Assembly: GCA_964406705.1 (NCBI GenBank)
Contig: CAYOSS010000001.1
Span: forward strand, 28,903 to 92,902
From: an uncultured Eubacteriales bacterium
GTDB lineage: Bacteria; Bacillota; Clostridia; Oscillospirales; Acutalibacteraceae
Reading direction: 5' to 3'
DNA: 64,000 nucleotides
Position 1 is the stretch's first letter. Each line of letters begins with the position of its first letter. This document shows, in pieces, positions 48,697 through 58,172 of the stretch. A model generated the notes under the pieces. That model saw only the letters and a list, made by a program, of their open reading frames with translations. It made no database searches and was not told where the DNA came from. A program made the position numbers and the translations under genes.

Positions 48697-49566
48697 ATGC
48701 TACTGAAGGACTACAGGGTGAGGGACCCGTTTATTCTTCCCTTTGACGGGAAATATTATCTTTACAAGTCCGTCGGGATCCCCGGTAAGGCGGGCGGATT
48801 CGCCTGCGCCGTTTCGAGCGACCTTGTAAACTGGAGCGAGCCCGAGGTGTGCTTCACTCCTCCCGAGGGGTTCTGGGCGACAAGGCAGTATTGGGCCCCG
48901 GAGGTGCACCGCTACAACGGGCGGTTCTACCTCTTCGCCACGTTTATGGCGGAGGGGCATATGAGAGCCACGCAGATTATGGCGTGTGACAAGCCTGAGG
49001 GCCCCTTCGAGGTGTGGAGCTGCCCCGTGACCCCGCCCGACTGGATGTGCCTTGACGGGACACTCTACGTGGAGGACGGCGCGCCCTATATGGTTTTCTG
49101 CCACGAATGGCTGCAGGTCGGCGACGGTGAGGTTTGCGCTATGCCCCTGAGCCACGACTTAAAAGCCCCGGCGGGGGAGCCGAGGCTGCTCTTCAGGGCT
49201 TCCGACGCGAAATGGTCCAAGACTCACAACGGCAAGGACCAAATCACGGACGGGCCGTTCCTCCACCGAAACGCGGACGGGCACCTGATAATGACCTGGT
49301 CGTCGTTCGGCGGGGACGGCTCCAAATACTACGCGGGGGTCGCCTACTCGTCCAACGGGCGGCTCGACGGCGAGTGGATCAACTGCGACGAGCCCATTTA
49401 CAGCGCTGACGGCGGGCACGGCATGCTCTTTTCCGGGTTTGACGGGAAGCTGTACTTCGCTCTGCACTCTCCAAATGCCCCGGGCGGCGAGGAACGGTGC
49501 CGCATTTTCACCGCGACGGAGACAGCCCGCGAGCCGTTCCTGAGGCTCGATTTAACATCGTTATAG
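48697..49566 (+). CDS. Glycoside hydrolase family 43 protein, cytoplasmic
   Basis: Blocks RDPFILPFDGKYYLY, YWAPEVHRYNGRFYLF and ITDGPFL. No signal peptide. Confidence 0.75.
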   Translation: MLLKDYRVRDPFILPFDGKYYLYKSVGIPGKAGGFACAVSSDLVNWSEPEVCFTPPEGFWATRQYWAPEVHRYNGRFYLFATFMAEGHMRATQIMACDKPEGPFEVWSCPVTPPDWMCLDGTLYVEDGAPYMVFCHEWLQVGDGEVCAMPLSHDLKAPAGEPRLLFRASDAKWSKTHNGKDQITDGPFLHRNADGHLIMTWSSFGGDGSKYYAGVAYSSNGRLDGEWINCDEPIYSADGGHGMLFSGFDGKLYFALHSPNAPGGEERCRIFTATETAREPFLRLDLTSL

Positions 49567-49620
49567 AGCTGTTTATAGGACAGATTTTGCTGCGCCATGG
49601 GCAAATACCCCCGGCCGGCT

Positions 49621-50658
49621 TTACCTCAGCTTGACCTTGTTCCGCGCCTCAAGCAGGCTCTCCTCATCCGTATCAATGTAGTGATCCTTCGTGGTGTTTA
49701 CATTCTCGTGGCCCAGCGCCCGCGCCACAAGGTAAATATCACCCGTCTCGCCGTAGAGCTCGGTACCGTAGGTTTTGCGGAGCTTGTGCGGGGTGATATG
49801 CTCCTTTGTGCCGGCGAATTCGGCGTACTTGGTGATCATATTCTCGACCGCCTGGACGCACATCCTCGTGCGGCGCGTGGAGAGGAACAGCGCGTCCGAG
49901 TCGCGCTCGGCTGCCGGAGTAATCTTATCACGCTCCTCCAGATAGCGACGGAGAGCCGCTATAACCTCGTCGCCCATCGCGACATACTGCCGCTTTTGCC
50001 CCTTGCGGATTATGCTGATTTTACAGTTCACAAAATCAAGATCTCTGCGATCAAGTCCCACGCATTCCGAGACCCTGATCCCGGTGCCGAGCAGCAGTGT
50101 GGCGATGGCGAGGTCCCGGATTTTTGTGTTTTCCAGATATTTCCTTTGCCGCTTCGGTATGCTCTCATTGCCGAATTCGATTGTGTCGAGGAACCGGACC
50201 ACTTCGTCCGGGGTAAGTTTTATGATGCGGTCGTCCTTTTTGGGCTTGGGCTTCAAGACGCGGTCACAGGGGTTGGAGGCAATTTTATCACGCATTAACA
50301 AATATGAGAAAAACGAGCTGAGGCAAGAAAGCTTGCGCGAGACGGTCCGCTCGCCGTTGAGCGACTCGGAGCCGGTCTGGCAGAAATTGAGGTACCGTTC
50401 GATGTCGTCCGCCGTCAGTGCCGAAAGTATCTCCGGGGAAATGTCCCGGAGCGGCCGGTCCCGCAGCTCGGACGATGAATCCCGCAGCCAGGTGAAGAAG
50501 TTCTTCAGATCGTAGGCGTATGAGAGCCGCGTCTTGGGCGTGGTGTTGGACCGGCGCGCCACCATATAAGAGGTCACGCAGTCGGGCAGCTCGGTCAGGA
50601 TTTCGTTGATCTTAGCGAAAATCCTCCTGTTTTGCTCGGCAGCGTAATCGTCCGCCAT
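49621..50658 (-). CDS. Tyrosine site-specific recombinase (XerC/XerD/phage integrase family)
   Basis: Catalytic residues in GIRVSE (R), HKLRKT (HxxR), LGHENVNTT (H) and DHYI (Y). Trimmed to the ATG at 50658, 7 nt after GGAGG. Confidence 0.85.
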   Translation of the reverse strand: MADDYAAEQNRRIFAKINEILTELPDCVTSYMVARRSNTTPKTRLSYAYDLKNFFTWLRDSSSELRDRPLRDISPEILSALTADDIERYLNFCQTGSESLNGERTVSRKLSCLSSFFSYLLMRDKIASNPCDRVLKPKPKKDDRIIKLTPDEVVRFLDTIEFGNESIPKRQRKYLENTKIRDLAIATLLLGTGIRVSECVGLDRRDLDFVNCKISIIRKGQKRQYVAMGDEVIAALRRYLEERDKITPAAERDSDALFLSTRRTRMCVQAVENMITKYAEFAGTKEHITPHKLRKTYGTELYGETGDIYLVARALGHENVNTTKDHYIDTDEESLLEARNKVKLR

Positions 50659-50724
50659 ATAATAACCTCCATTCAATGCTCGCGCGTCCGGCGCGGGATT
50701 TGCCCGTTCGCCGTTGATACCTAT

Positions 50725-50753
50725 ATTATAGCCTCGTCATATGAAAATGTCAA
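50725..50753 (-). promoter_or_regulatory. Consensus sigma-A promoter of the recombinase gene
   Basis: On the minus strand: TTGACA, 17 nt, TATAAT. The -35 overlaps the left arm of the inverted repeat AATATCTAT (50752-50760) / ATAGATATT (50783-50791). Confidence 0.7.
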
Positions 50754-50842
50754 TATCTATTTGTAAAATTGTTCTTTATTTGATAGATATTTCTTTAGTG
50801 CTCTCTTCCCCTCAAATTTGGCGAAATTACCAAAAAAACGGG

Positions 50843-50871
50843 TTGACATTTCCCTTCGCTCGGGCTATAAT
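50843..50871 (+). promoter_or_regulatory. Consensus sigma-A promoter of the GH2 gene
   Basis: TTGACA, 17 nt, TATAAT. Confidence 0.7.
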
Positions 50872-50906
50872 ACGCGCGGAGCAAAAATTTGAAGGAGGCT
50901 GATATT

Positions 50907-53900
50907 ATGGACAAACCGATTTGGAAACGACCCGTCATTCGCCCGTTCAGCACCGACCCTGCCTACAGCGAGTCGCTCAACGGCACTTGGAAGTTTCGCC
51001 CCGGCGAGTTAGCCAGCCCCGGCGCGGACTACAGCGTCTGGGACGAGCGGTCCGTACCCTCGCACACCGTCATCGACGGTCAGACAAAGTTCGCCTTCGC
51101 GCGGGACGTGGAAATCCCGCGCAGCGCCGCCGGCAGACGTATTTACCTGCGGTTTGACGGGGCTAACTGCCTCGCGAGAGTTTATGTAAACAGCTCATTC
51201 GCCGGCGAGCATTACGGGGGCTTCACCGCGTGGGACTGCGATATCACCGACCTCGTCATCCCCGGCGGCACAGCCCGGCTTATAGTCACCACCGAGGACC
51301 GCAAAAAGGAGACCAATTCTTTCCATTACGGCGGGATTATCCGCGATGTGACGCTCTTTACCCTGCCCGAGGTTCACCTCTCCCGCCTGCAGGTGGAAAC
51401 AAGGTCCGCCGAGGACAGCTGGATCTTAAAAATTATTGGCGCGTTCGAGGGCGGCGGCGGGAGTCTACGCTTCACCCTTTCCGGCGCAGACGGGAGCACG
51501 GATTTTGGCGAGTTTACGGCGGATGAGGGTGATTTTGAAACGGAATATACCGTGCCTAATCCTTTGCTCTGGGACAGCGAGCACCCCAATCTCTACACTC
51601 TGACCGCCGAGTACGCGGGAGAGGCCGCCGCGGTGAGGTTTGGCTTTAAGGAAATAGAGCGGCGGGGGAGCAAAGTTTACGTCAACGGGCAGGAAATCAA
51701 GCTCCACGGGGTGAACCATCACGACACTCACCCGGTATTGGGGCGCGCGGTGACAAGGGAGCTTACGGAGACGGACGTGCGCCTTTTCAAGGAGGCCAAC
51801 GTCAACTTTATCAGGACTTCCCATTACCCGCCGCGCACGGATTTTCTGGAGTTGTGCGACGAGTACGGGATTTACGTGGAGTGCGAATGCGCGGCGTTCG
51901 TGGGGCAAAACCAATTCTTCACGGAGAACGACCCCGACTATCTCGAGCGGTATCTCGGCCCCTGGGCGGATATGATCGAGCAGGGCCGCTCCCACGCCTG
52001 CGTGCTGCTGTGGTCTGCGGCGAACGAGAGCTTCTGGGGGACTAACTTTGAGGCTATGATCCGTTATGCCAGAGCCGAGGACACGTCCCACCTGCTGATA
52101 TTCTCCTACCCCATCACAATGCGCGAAGATGACATAATGTCCGACATCTGGTCTGTGCACTACTGCCCCTGCGAGGGTGATGTCACCGCGCTGACCGACA
52201 GCTTCGGGAGGAGCCTCGCCGAACCCTTCGAGATTCCCGTGTTCCACGACGAGTCCATTCATGTTCCACGCTGCGGCTGGCCCGACATCCGGCGGGACCC
52301 CGGCGTGAGGGACTTCTGGGGCGAGTCGCCGAAGCGCTTCTACGACTCCATTTGGAACACGCCCGGAGCGCTCGGGTGTGCCATTTGGGCGGGCGTAGAC
52401 GAGCCCGCCTGGCCGTGGGGGATTATAGACGCCTGGAGGCGCCTCAAGCCGGAGTACTTCCTCACAAAGAAGGCCTTCTCCCCCATCCATATGGAGGGCG
52501 AGCCCGTAAAGGGCGCGGACGGTAATATCGAGGTTACAATCACCAACAGGTTTAATCACACGGATTTTAGCGAGGTTAAGGCGCGCTACTCCGCTGGGGA
52601 CGAAGCGGGTGTAATAGCCCTCCCCGCCGCCGCTCCCCGCGAGACGGTCACTCTTACCCTCCCCGCGCCCTATATTTCGGGCGAAACCGTGAGTTTGCGC
52701 TTCATCGACTCTTACGGCATGGAGGTTGACGCGTACAGCTACGAATTAGATCGCGTCATCCCGGAAGTTACCGCTCCCGGCGCCGGGTGCCCGGAAATCC
52801 GCGAGGACGAGGGCGAAGTGGAGCTGCGGGGAAACGGGATCAGCGTGGTTTACTCCAAAGCGACGGGACTTATAAAGGCGGGCTTTGCCGGTGAAAAATT
52901 GGTGCTCTGCGGCGGGCCTCACCTCCACTTAACGGGGCTCCAGTTGGCGCCATGGGAGTGCGACGGGTTCGGCGTGGCAAAGGGAGAGAGCGCCGCCATA
53001 GTTACCACAAGGGGGCATTACGGAGCGGTGCGCGTCACGTTCACCACCGCCATTGACGCGGAGGGCGCTATGAAGACCGAGTGCCATATAGACGATATGC
53101 CCTACTCCACGCCGCGCCTGCAGCAGATGCGCGTGGGCGACGACACCGACGCTGGCGGCTACGAGGAAGTGGGGATCTCGTTTGACGTCCCCCACGAGCT
53201 CGACACCCTCGGCTGGGACAAACATTCTCTCTGGAACGCCTACCCCGCGTCCCACATAGGGCGTGAAAGGGGCGAGGCGGCGATGATCGCGGGCTACAGG
53301 AAGTACGCGGTCGCGGAGGAGCCGGAATGCTCCTGGGAGCAGGACGAGTACGACATCTCCTCATACGGCGTGTACGACCCCGGGCACAGAGGGACGGTGG
53401 ACTTCAGGAGCATAAAGAGCCATATTTACCGCGCGTCGCTGGAGAATGCCGGTTACGGGTTCGCCGCGGTCTCGGACGGGAGCGCATCCGTCAGGGCGGA
53501 GCTTACTTACGCCGACTCCGCCATTGTTGAGGACACCTCGCCGGAGGTGGTCTACACGGGCTCCTGGAGAGAAATGCGCAACCCCTACCGCAGCTTCGGC
53601 GGCACCGAGCACTGGTCGAACCGTGCCGGCGATACCGCAACGCTTCGCTTCACCGGGACGGGTGTCGTCTGGATAGGCGCGTTCGACATAATCTACGGAC
53701 TGGCGCAGGTCTATATTGACGGTAAACTCGTCGACCCCGCGGTAAACGAGGGCATAGAGCGGCTGGATCAGTTGGTGGGCAAGCCGAGGGGATACGAGAA
53801 GGACTTCAGTCTCCCCGTTTACAGCGTGGACGGGCTGCCCTACGGCGAGCACACCATCACGATTGAGGTCACGGGCGAACACATTTACGGGGCGCACGGC

Positions 53901-54080
53901 AGCCACGTGGTAATTGACAGGTTCGTGGTGCTGTCGGATAAGTGCTACGGCGCGACAAAGTTCATCGTGGACAACGATTACAATTACCCCGAGCTGTCCT
54001 GGGGAGACTATATGAAGCCGCCCGTCAAGCTCTCAACAGGCGATGTCCTCACCGCGGATACCCGGCTGGTCCGCCCGTAG
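50907..54080 (+). CDS. Glycoside hydrolase family 2 enzyme (beta-galactosidase/glucuronidase-like) with extra C-terminal beta-sandwich domains; cytoplasmic
   Basis: Blocks VNHHDTHP, NFIRTSHYPP and the acid/base region LLWSAANES. The C-terminal ~300 aa are CBM-like (TLRFTGTGVVWIG...VYIDGKLV...GEHTITIEV). The ATG at 50907 follows AGGAGG. Confidence 0.8.
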   Translation: MDKPIWKRPVIRPFSTDPAYSESLNGTWKFRPGELASPGADYSVWDERSVPSHTVIDGQTKFAFARDVEIPRSAAGRRIYLRFDGANCLARVYVNSSFAGEHYGGFTAWDCDITDLVIPGGTARLIVTTEDRKKETNSFHYGGIIRDVTLFTLPEVHLSRLQVETRSAEDSWILKIIGAFEGGGGSLRFTLSGADGSTDFGEFTADEGDFETEYTVPNPLLWDSEHPNLYTLTAEYAGEAAAVRFGFKEIERRGSKVYVNGQEIKLHGVNHHDTHPVLGRAVTRELTETDVRLFKEANVNFIRTSHYPPRTDFLELCDEYGIYVECECAAFVGQNQFFTENDPDYLERYLGPWADMIEQGRSHACVLLWSAANESFWGTNFEAMIRYARAEDTSHLLIFSYPITMREDDIMSDIWSVHYCPCEGDVTALTDSFGRSLAEPFEIPVFHDESIHVPRCGWPDIRRDPGVRDFWGESPKRFYDSIWNTPGALGCAIWAGVDEPAWPWGIIDAWRRLKPEYFLTKKAFSPIHMEGEPVKGADGNIEVTITNRFNHTDFSEVKARYSAGDEAGVIALPAAAPRETVTLTLPAPYISGETVSLRFIDSYGMEVDAYSYELDRVIPEVTAPGAGCPEIREDEGEVELRGNGISVVYSKATGLIKAGFAGEKLVLCGGPHLHLTGLQLAPWECDGFGVAKGESAAIVTTRGHYGAVRVTFTTAIDAEGAMKTECHIDDMPYSTPRLQQMRVGDDTDAGGYEEVGISFDVPHELDTLGWDKHSLWNAYPASHIGRERGEAAMIAGYRKYAVAEEPECSWEQDEYDISSYGVYDPGHRGTVDFRSIKSHIYRASLENAGYGFAAVSDGSASVRAELTYADSAIVEDTSPEVVYTGSWREMRNPYRSFGGTEHWSNRAGDTATLRFTGTGVVWIGAFDIIYGLAQVYIDGKLVDPAVNEGIERLDQLVGKPRGYEKDFSLPVYSVDGLPYGEHTITIEVTGEHIYGAHGSHVVIDRFVVLSDKCYGATKFIVDNDYNYPELSWGDYMKPPVKLSTGDVLTADTRLVRP

Positions 54081-54114
54081 TAATTATCTCTCGCGTGTAT
54101 CGCGCACTTAAGCC

Positions 54115-54300
54115 GAAAGCACGGCTCTTTAAGTTGCTAATATTATAAGGTGAAAGCGCGGCTCCGGTAACAGCGAGGGGTTCAAATTAAAAAGCGCGGC
54201 TCCCGGACACCTAACATTATAAGCAAAAGCGCGGCTCCCGGTGCGCCGAGAGCCAGAAACAGAAAAGCGCGGCTCCCGGAAACGGGGGTCGCGCTGTTTT
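54115..54300. repeat. Array of 5 degenerate copies of AAAGCGCGGCTCCCGG with a 35-38 nt period; the last copy completes a terminator hairpin
   Basis: Core starts lie at 54118 (degenerate), 54155, 54193, 54228 and 54266. The flanks also repeat at about 74 nt (..attataag[gc].aaagcgcggctcc..). Copy 5 reads AGCGCGGCTCCCG-gaaa-CGGGGGTCGCGCT plus GTTTT. Copy 4 forms GGCTCCCGG-tgcg-CCGAGAGCC. Confidence 0.8.
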
Positions 54301-54357
54301 CACCTCTGAAAGCTGGCGTAAGGGTACAAAAGCGGGAACGTCACGACGATATCGGGC

Positions 54358-54993
54358 TTAAAGATTGGGCCTTATCGCGTCGGGGATTCTTCGATCCTTG
54401 TAGTAATATTCCCTGTCTCGCTCGCTGATCTCCCTCAAGACGCGGCACGGGTTGCCGGCGGCGACGACGCCCGGCGGAATGTCCCTCGTGACCACGCTTC
54501 CCGCGCCGACTACGGAGCCGTCCCCTACAGTAATGCCGGGCAGCACGGTGACGTTGCCCCCCAGCCAGCAGTTGGCGCCAATACGCACGGGGAGGTTGTA
54601 CTGGTACGGGTCACTCCCGCGAAGCTCGGGGGCCACGGGGTGCCCCGCGGTCGCCACCAACACGCCGGGGCCCAACATAGTGCAGTCCCCGATAAAGATA
54701 TGCGTATCGTCCACCGCTTTGAAGCCGAAATTTATGTAAACGTGGTTCCCTAAGTGAATGAACCTCCCTCCCCAGTTGGCATGAAAGGGCGGCTCGATGT
54801 GGCACCCTTCCCCCACCTCGGCTAACATCTCGCGAAGGAGCGCCTGACGCTTTTCCTCTTCGGAGGGGCGGGTAGCGTTAAACTCGTACAGCCACGCGAA
54901 GCACGCCGTCTGGACTTCCATTATAGCAGGATCGCTCGGAATGTAGAGTGAGCCGTCGTGGAGGCACTCGAAATCGCGGTTATCCGGCTTCAT
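54358..54993 (-). CDS. maa: Maltose/galactoside O-acetyltransferase family (hexapeptide repeat)
   Basis: Blocks FHANWGGRFIHLGNHVYINF, GHPV and NCWLGGNVTVLPGITVGDGSVVGAGSVV. Confidence 0.8.
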   Translation of the reverse strand: MKPDNRDFECLHDGSLYIPSDPAIMEVQTACFAWLYEFNATRPSEEEKRQALLREMLAEVGEGCHIEPPFHANWGGRFIHLGNHVYINFGFKAVDDTHIFIGDCTMLGPGVLVATAGHPVAPELRGSDPYQYNLPVRIGANCWLGGNVTVLPGITVGDGSVVGAGSVVTRDIPPGVVAAGNPCRVLREISERDREYYYKDRRIPDAIRPNL

Positions 54994-55790
54994 CTTGAAA
55001 GCTCCCGGGAGCGCAGGTAAGCGCTGTTCACGGCGGAGCGCACTGCTGTATCAAACCCGGCCGCGTCAAGCGCCCGAAGCCCCGCCTCCGTGGTCCCGCC
55101 GGGGGACGCTACCATTTTGATAAGCTCGTCCGCGGAAAGGGGCGACTGCGCGAACATCACCCCGCTGCCTATAAGGGTGTTGACCGCGAGCGCCTTAGCC
55201 TTGTCCTCGGGCAGGCCTTCCGCCACTCCCTCGGCCACAAGCTCGCGCAGAAAGCGGAACACGAACGCGGGGGAGCTCCCGCTGAGAGCCGTCACGGAGT
55301 CCAACGAACTCTCGTCCACCCTCGTGACGTAGCCGCACGCGCCGAACAGCCCCTCCACGAACCGCGCCTGCTCTTCGCTTGCGCACGAGTTTGGCGAATA
55401 GGCGACCGCGCCCTTACCGTACATCAGGGGGGTGTTTGGCATAGCGCGGACAACGGCGGTGCCGGAGGGCAGTTTACTCTCAATAAATGAGAGCGTCACC
55501 CCCGCCGCGACGCTGATCACACATTTCCCCGTGACCAAAGCGGATATTGATCCCAGCGCGCCCTCCACCGCCCCCGGCTTTACCGCGATCAGAATATAAT
55601 CGGCCGGGGAGACGGCATCGGCTGCCGTTTGGACGGGCAGAACTCCGTATTTTTCCGTAAAGCGAGCCGCCTTGGCCCCGTCCACGTCAAAGGGGTATAC
55701 CCGCTCCGCCGGCAGGTACCCGGAGGAGAGCACCCCCTCCAAAATCGCTCCCGCTATGTTCCCGACGCCAATTACGGCAAGCCCCGCCAT
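54990..55790 (-). CDS. proC: Pyrroline-5-carboxylate reductase
   Basis: Blocks VIGVGNIAGAI, RAMPNTP and SPGGTTEAGL. ATG at 55790; an upstream TTG at 55811 is an alternative start. Confidence 0.85.
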   Translation of the reverse strand: MAGLAVIGVGNIAGAILEGVLSSGYLPAERVYPFDVDGAKAARFTEKYGVLPVQTAADAVSPADYILIAVKPGAVEGALGSISALVTGKCVISVAAGVTLSFIESKLPSGTAVVRAMPNTPLMYGKGAVAYSPNSCASEEQARFVEGLFGACGYVTRVDESSLDSVTALSGSSPAFVFRFLRELVAEGVAEGLPEDKAKALAVNTLIGSGVMFAQSPLSADELIKMVASPGGTTEAGLRALDAAGFDTAVRSAVNSAYLRSRELSR

Positions 55791-55795
55791 CGCAA

Positions 55796-56365
55796 TCACT
55801 CTTTCGCGCAAATTCTAAGATCCGGGAGGACGACCTCGCGCCCGCCCAAAAGCTCTATATCTTCCTCGTTGTGGCAGACCGTCATCACGGTTTTGCCGGC
55901 AAAGTACTTGTTTACCGCCCGCGCCACGGCTCGCTTATTGGCGAGATCAAGCCCTGTAAAAGGCTCGTCCAAGAGAAGAATATTCCCCCCGTAGCCGAGG
56001 GCCCTCGCGAGAGCGACACGTCTCGCCATTCCACCGCTAAGCTCGCCGGGCTTCTTGCGTTCTATATCTGCGAGTCCCAACTCCGCGAGGAGGCGCGTGT
56101 CGGCGCCCACAAGCAAGACGTTATCCCGGACGCTGAGGTTCGGCACCAGGCGGTTCTCCTGAAACAGCATAGAAACGCGACCGTCCACCTCCACCGTGCC
56201 GCTCGAGGGGGCAATAAGACCCGCGATAAGCCGCAACAATGTGGTCTTTCCGCAGCCGGATGCCCCGCGCAGATACACCCGCTCGCCCGAGGAGATAGTG
56301 AGCGAATATCTGTCCAATACACGCCTATCTCCGTATGAAAAGCTGACATCGCTCAGCTTAATCAC
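55796..56365 (-). CDS. ABC transporter ATP-binding protein, short (189 aa) NitT/TauT-type
   Basis: Walker A GASGCGKTT, signature LSGGMARR and Walker B LLLDEPFTGLD. GTG start overlaps the permease stop. Confidence 0.85.
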   Translation of the reverse strand: MIKLSDVSFSYGDRRVLDRYSLTISSGERVYLRGASGCGKTTLLRLIAGLIAPSSGTVEVDGRVSMLFQENRLVPNLSVRDNVLLVGADTRLLAELGLADIERKKPGELSGGMARRVALARALGYGGNILLLDEPFTGLDLANKRAVARAVNKYFAGKTVMTVCHNEEDIELLGGREVVLPDLRICAKE

Positions 56366-57140
56366 GCGACCACCGTCTCCCTACTCTCCCCACAACAAGA
56401 CGGACGACCGCCTCGAGCGCGACGCTGAAGGCGATAATCGTGAGCGTCCAGGCGAATACGGCGGGGGTGTCAATGGTGGATTTGGCGAATTTCAGCTCCG
56501 TGCCGATGGAGAGCAGGGGCAGGCAAATGACCTCGGCGGCGATCCCGGATTTCCACGCGAACCCAAGCCCCACCGTCCCGTCGGAGAGCAGCGTAGGCAG
56601 CGCCGCCGGGAGCTGAATTTTAAGGAGCACACGATCCCCGCTCACCCGGAACAGGCGGGTCATCTCAAGCAGCGCCGGGTCGACGGAGTTTAGCCCCGCC
56701 ATTGTCGCGGTGTAGAACACTGGCACCACGGTGAGGAAGGAAATCAGCACCGGGACGTAATCCGTCCAAACCCAGACCAGTGCCAAAAGGATAAACGACA
56801 CCACCGGCGCCGCCTTTAGGCATTTAATCACGGGAGATATCAGCGCCCGCGCCACCGCGCTGCAGTGGCACGCCACGCCGAGCAGCACACCGACAGCCGC
56901 CGCCCCGCAGAAGCCGCACACCACGCGGAGAGCAGTCGCGCCGCACGCTTTCCAGAATTTCGCCGTGACGACCAATTTCAACCAGGTTCGCGCCACGGCG
57001 AGCGGCGACGGCACAAGGATCTCGGAGCCGACAATCAGCGAAAGAACACCCCACACCGCGATCCAGAACGCCGCCACCAGTAGCGCCTTTACAGCGCGGG
57101 GCAATCCTCTTCGGGTCACGCGGGCTGGGGAGCGGCTCAT
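56358..57140 (-). CDS. ABC transporter permease (NitT/TauT/ThiX-like)
   Basis: About 6 TM segments. ATGA overlap with the binding-protein gene. Confidence 0.75.
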   Translation of the reverse strand: MSRSPARVTRRGLPRAVKALLVAAFWIAVWGVLSLIVGSEILVPSPLAVARTWLKLVVTAKFWKACGATALRVVCGFCGAAAVGVLLGVACHCSAVARALISPVIKCLKAAPVVSFILLALVWVWTDYVPVLISFLTVVPVFYTATMAGLNSVDPALLEMTRLFRVSGDRVLLKIQLPAALPTLLSDGTVGLGFAWKSGIAAEVICLPLLSIGTELKFAKSTIDTPAVFAWTLTIIAFSVALEAVVRLVVGRVGRRWSRD

Positions 57141-58144
57141 TTTGCGGTGTAGTAGAACGCCTCGTCGGGCATCGCGCCGCCGACCGACGCGGGGTTAGCG
57201 TCAAACAGCACCTTGAAATAGGGCTCGATGGCGGGCTTCATATCCGCCCCGGCGATAAAGACAACGTTGCACTCGGGGAGAGCCTTCAGAGCCAACTCCT
57301 CGCTGGGTAGGATCTTGTTCTCGGCGCAAAGCTTCGCCGTACCCTCTGGGTCGGATTCCACTTTTTTAACGGACGCCTCGTAGTCGGAGAGGAATTGCTC
57401 GACAGCCGCCGGGTGCTCTTTAGCAAACTCGGCGCGAACAACCATGCAGCCCATCACGAGGTTGCCGCCGTCCGCGACCTTGCTCCACTCCTCGTTTATG
57501 TCGAGCACCTTCTTAAGCGGGATTTGCTTGGCCGCGGCTTGAGACAGCACGGCGGTCGCGGCGGGCTGGGGCACCATAGCGAGCGTCCCCGCGCCGGAGG
57601 TGAGCAGCTCGGCAGTCAGCGCGTCGTTGTCGTCAACAAACTTAAGCGTCAAATCCTTATCGGGGTCAATGCCGTTCTTCTGCAGGATGTACTTAAGTAT
57701 GTACTCCGGGTTCGCGCCCTTGCCGGAGGAGAGAACCGTCTTGCTCTTTAAGTCCGCGACGGACTTCACGGAGTCTCCGTTCTCAATAATTGAGAGCACA
57801 CCTAAGGTGTTACAGGCGAGCATTTTGATTTTGCCGCCCGTTTTGGCGTATAGCGTCGCGGCGAGGTTGGTGGGAATGGCGGCGATGTCCACCTCGCCGG
57901 TGGTGATCTTGCCCGTGATCTCGTCGGGAGAGCCCACCACGCGGAAATTGTACCGCTCGGCGGCGTCGCTCATCATATTGACAAGCCCCACCGCCGTCGG
58001 CCCGTTGATCCCGTACACCGTCGGCGTGACAGCCTCTTCGGATACGGTAGAACTGACGCCGCCTTGCTCCGTCTTGCCCCCGCCGCACCCCGCGAACACG
58101 AGGCACAGCGCGACCGCCAGCACGAACGCCATTACACGCTTCAT
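57137..58144 (-). CDS. ABC transporter substrate-binding lipoprotein (NMT1/THI5-like fold)
   Basis: Lipobox VFAGCGGG. Periplasmic-binding-protein-like sequence. Confidence 0.65.
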   Translation of the reverse strand: MKRVMAFVLAVALCLVFAGCGGGKTEQGGVSSTVSEEAVTPTVYGINGPTAVGLVNMMSDAAERYNFRVVGSPDEITGKITTGEVDIAAIPTNLAATLYAKTGGKIKMLACNTLGVLSIIENGDSVKSVADLKSKTVLSSGKGANPEYILKYILQKNGIDPDKDLTLKFVDDNDALTAELLTSGAGTLAMVPQPAATAVLSQAAAKQIPLKKVLDINEEWSKVADGGNLVMGCMVVRAEFAKEHPAAVEQFLSDYEASVKKVESDPEGTAKLCAENKILPSEELALKALPECNVVFIAGADMKPAIEPYFKVLFDANPASVGGAMPDEAFYYTAK

Positions 58145-58172
58145 AGTAACCCGACCTTACTTTCCAATGAGA

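Noticed and set aside
54115-54300. Possible CRISPR array
   Set aside because: The repeat core is only about 16 nt with spacers of about 21 nt, and the copies are degenerate. The spacers themselves repeat with a 74-nt period, and no cas genes or leader are present.
48697-54357. GH43-integrase-GH2 segment as an integrative element or prophage
   Set aside because: I could find no flanking direct repeats, no adjacent tRNA, and no excisionase, replication, transfer or phage structural genes. Only the recombinase itself suggests mobility.
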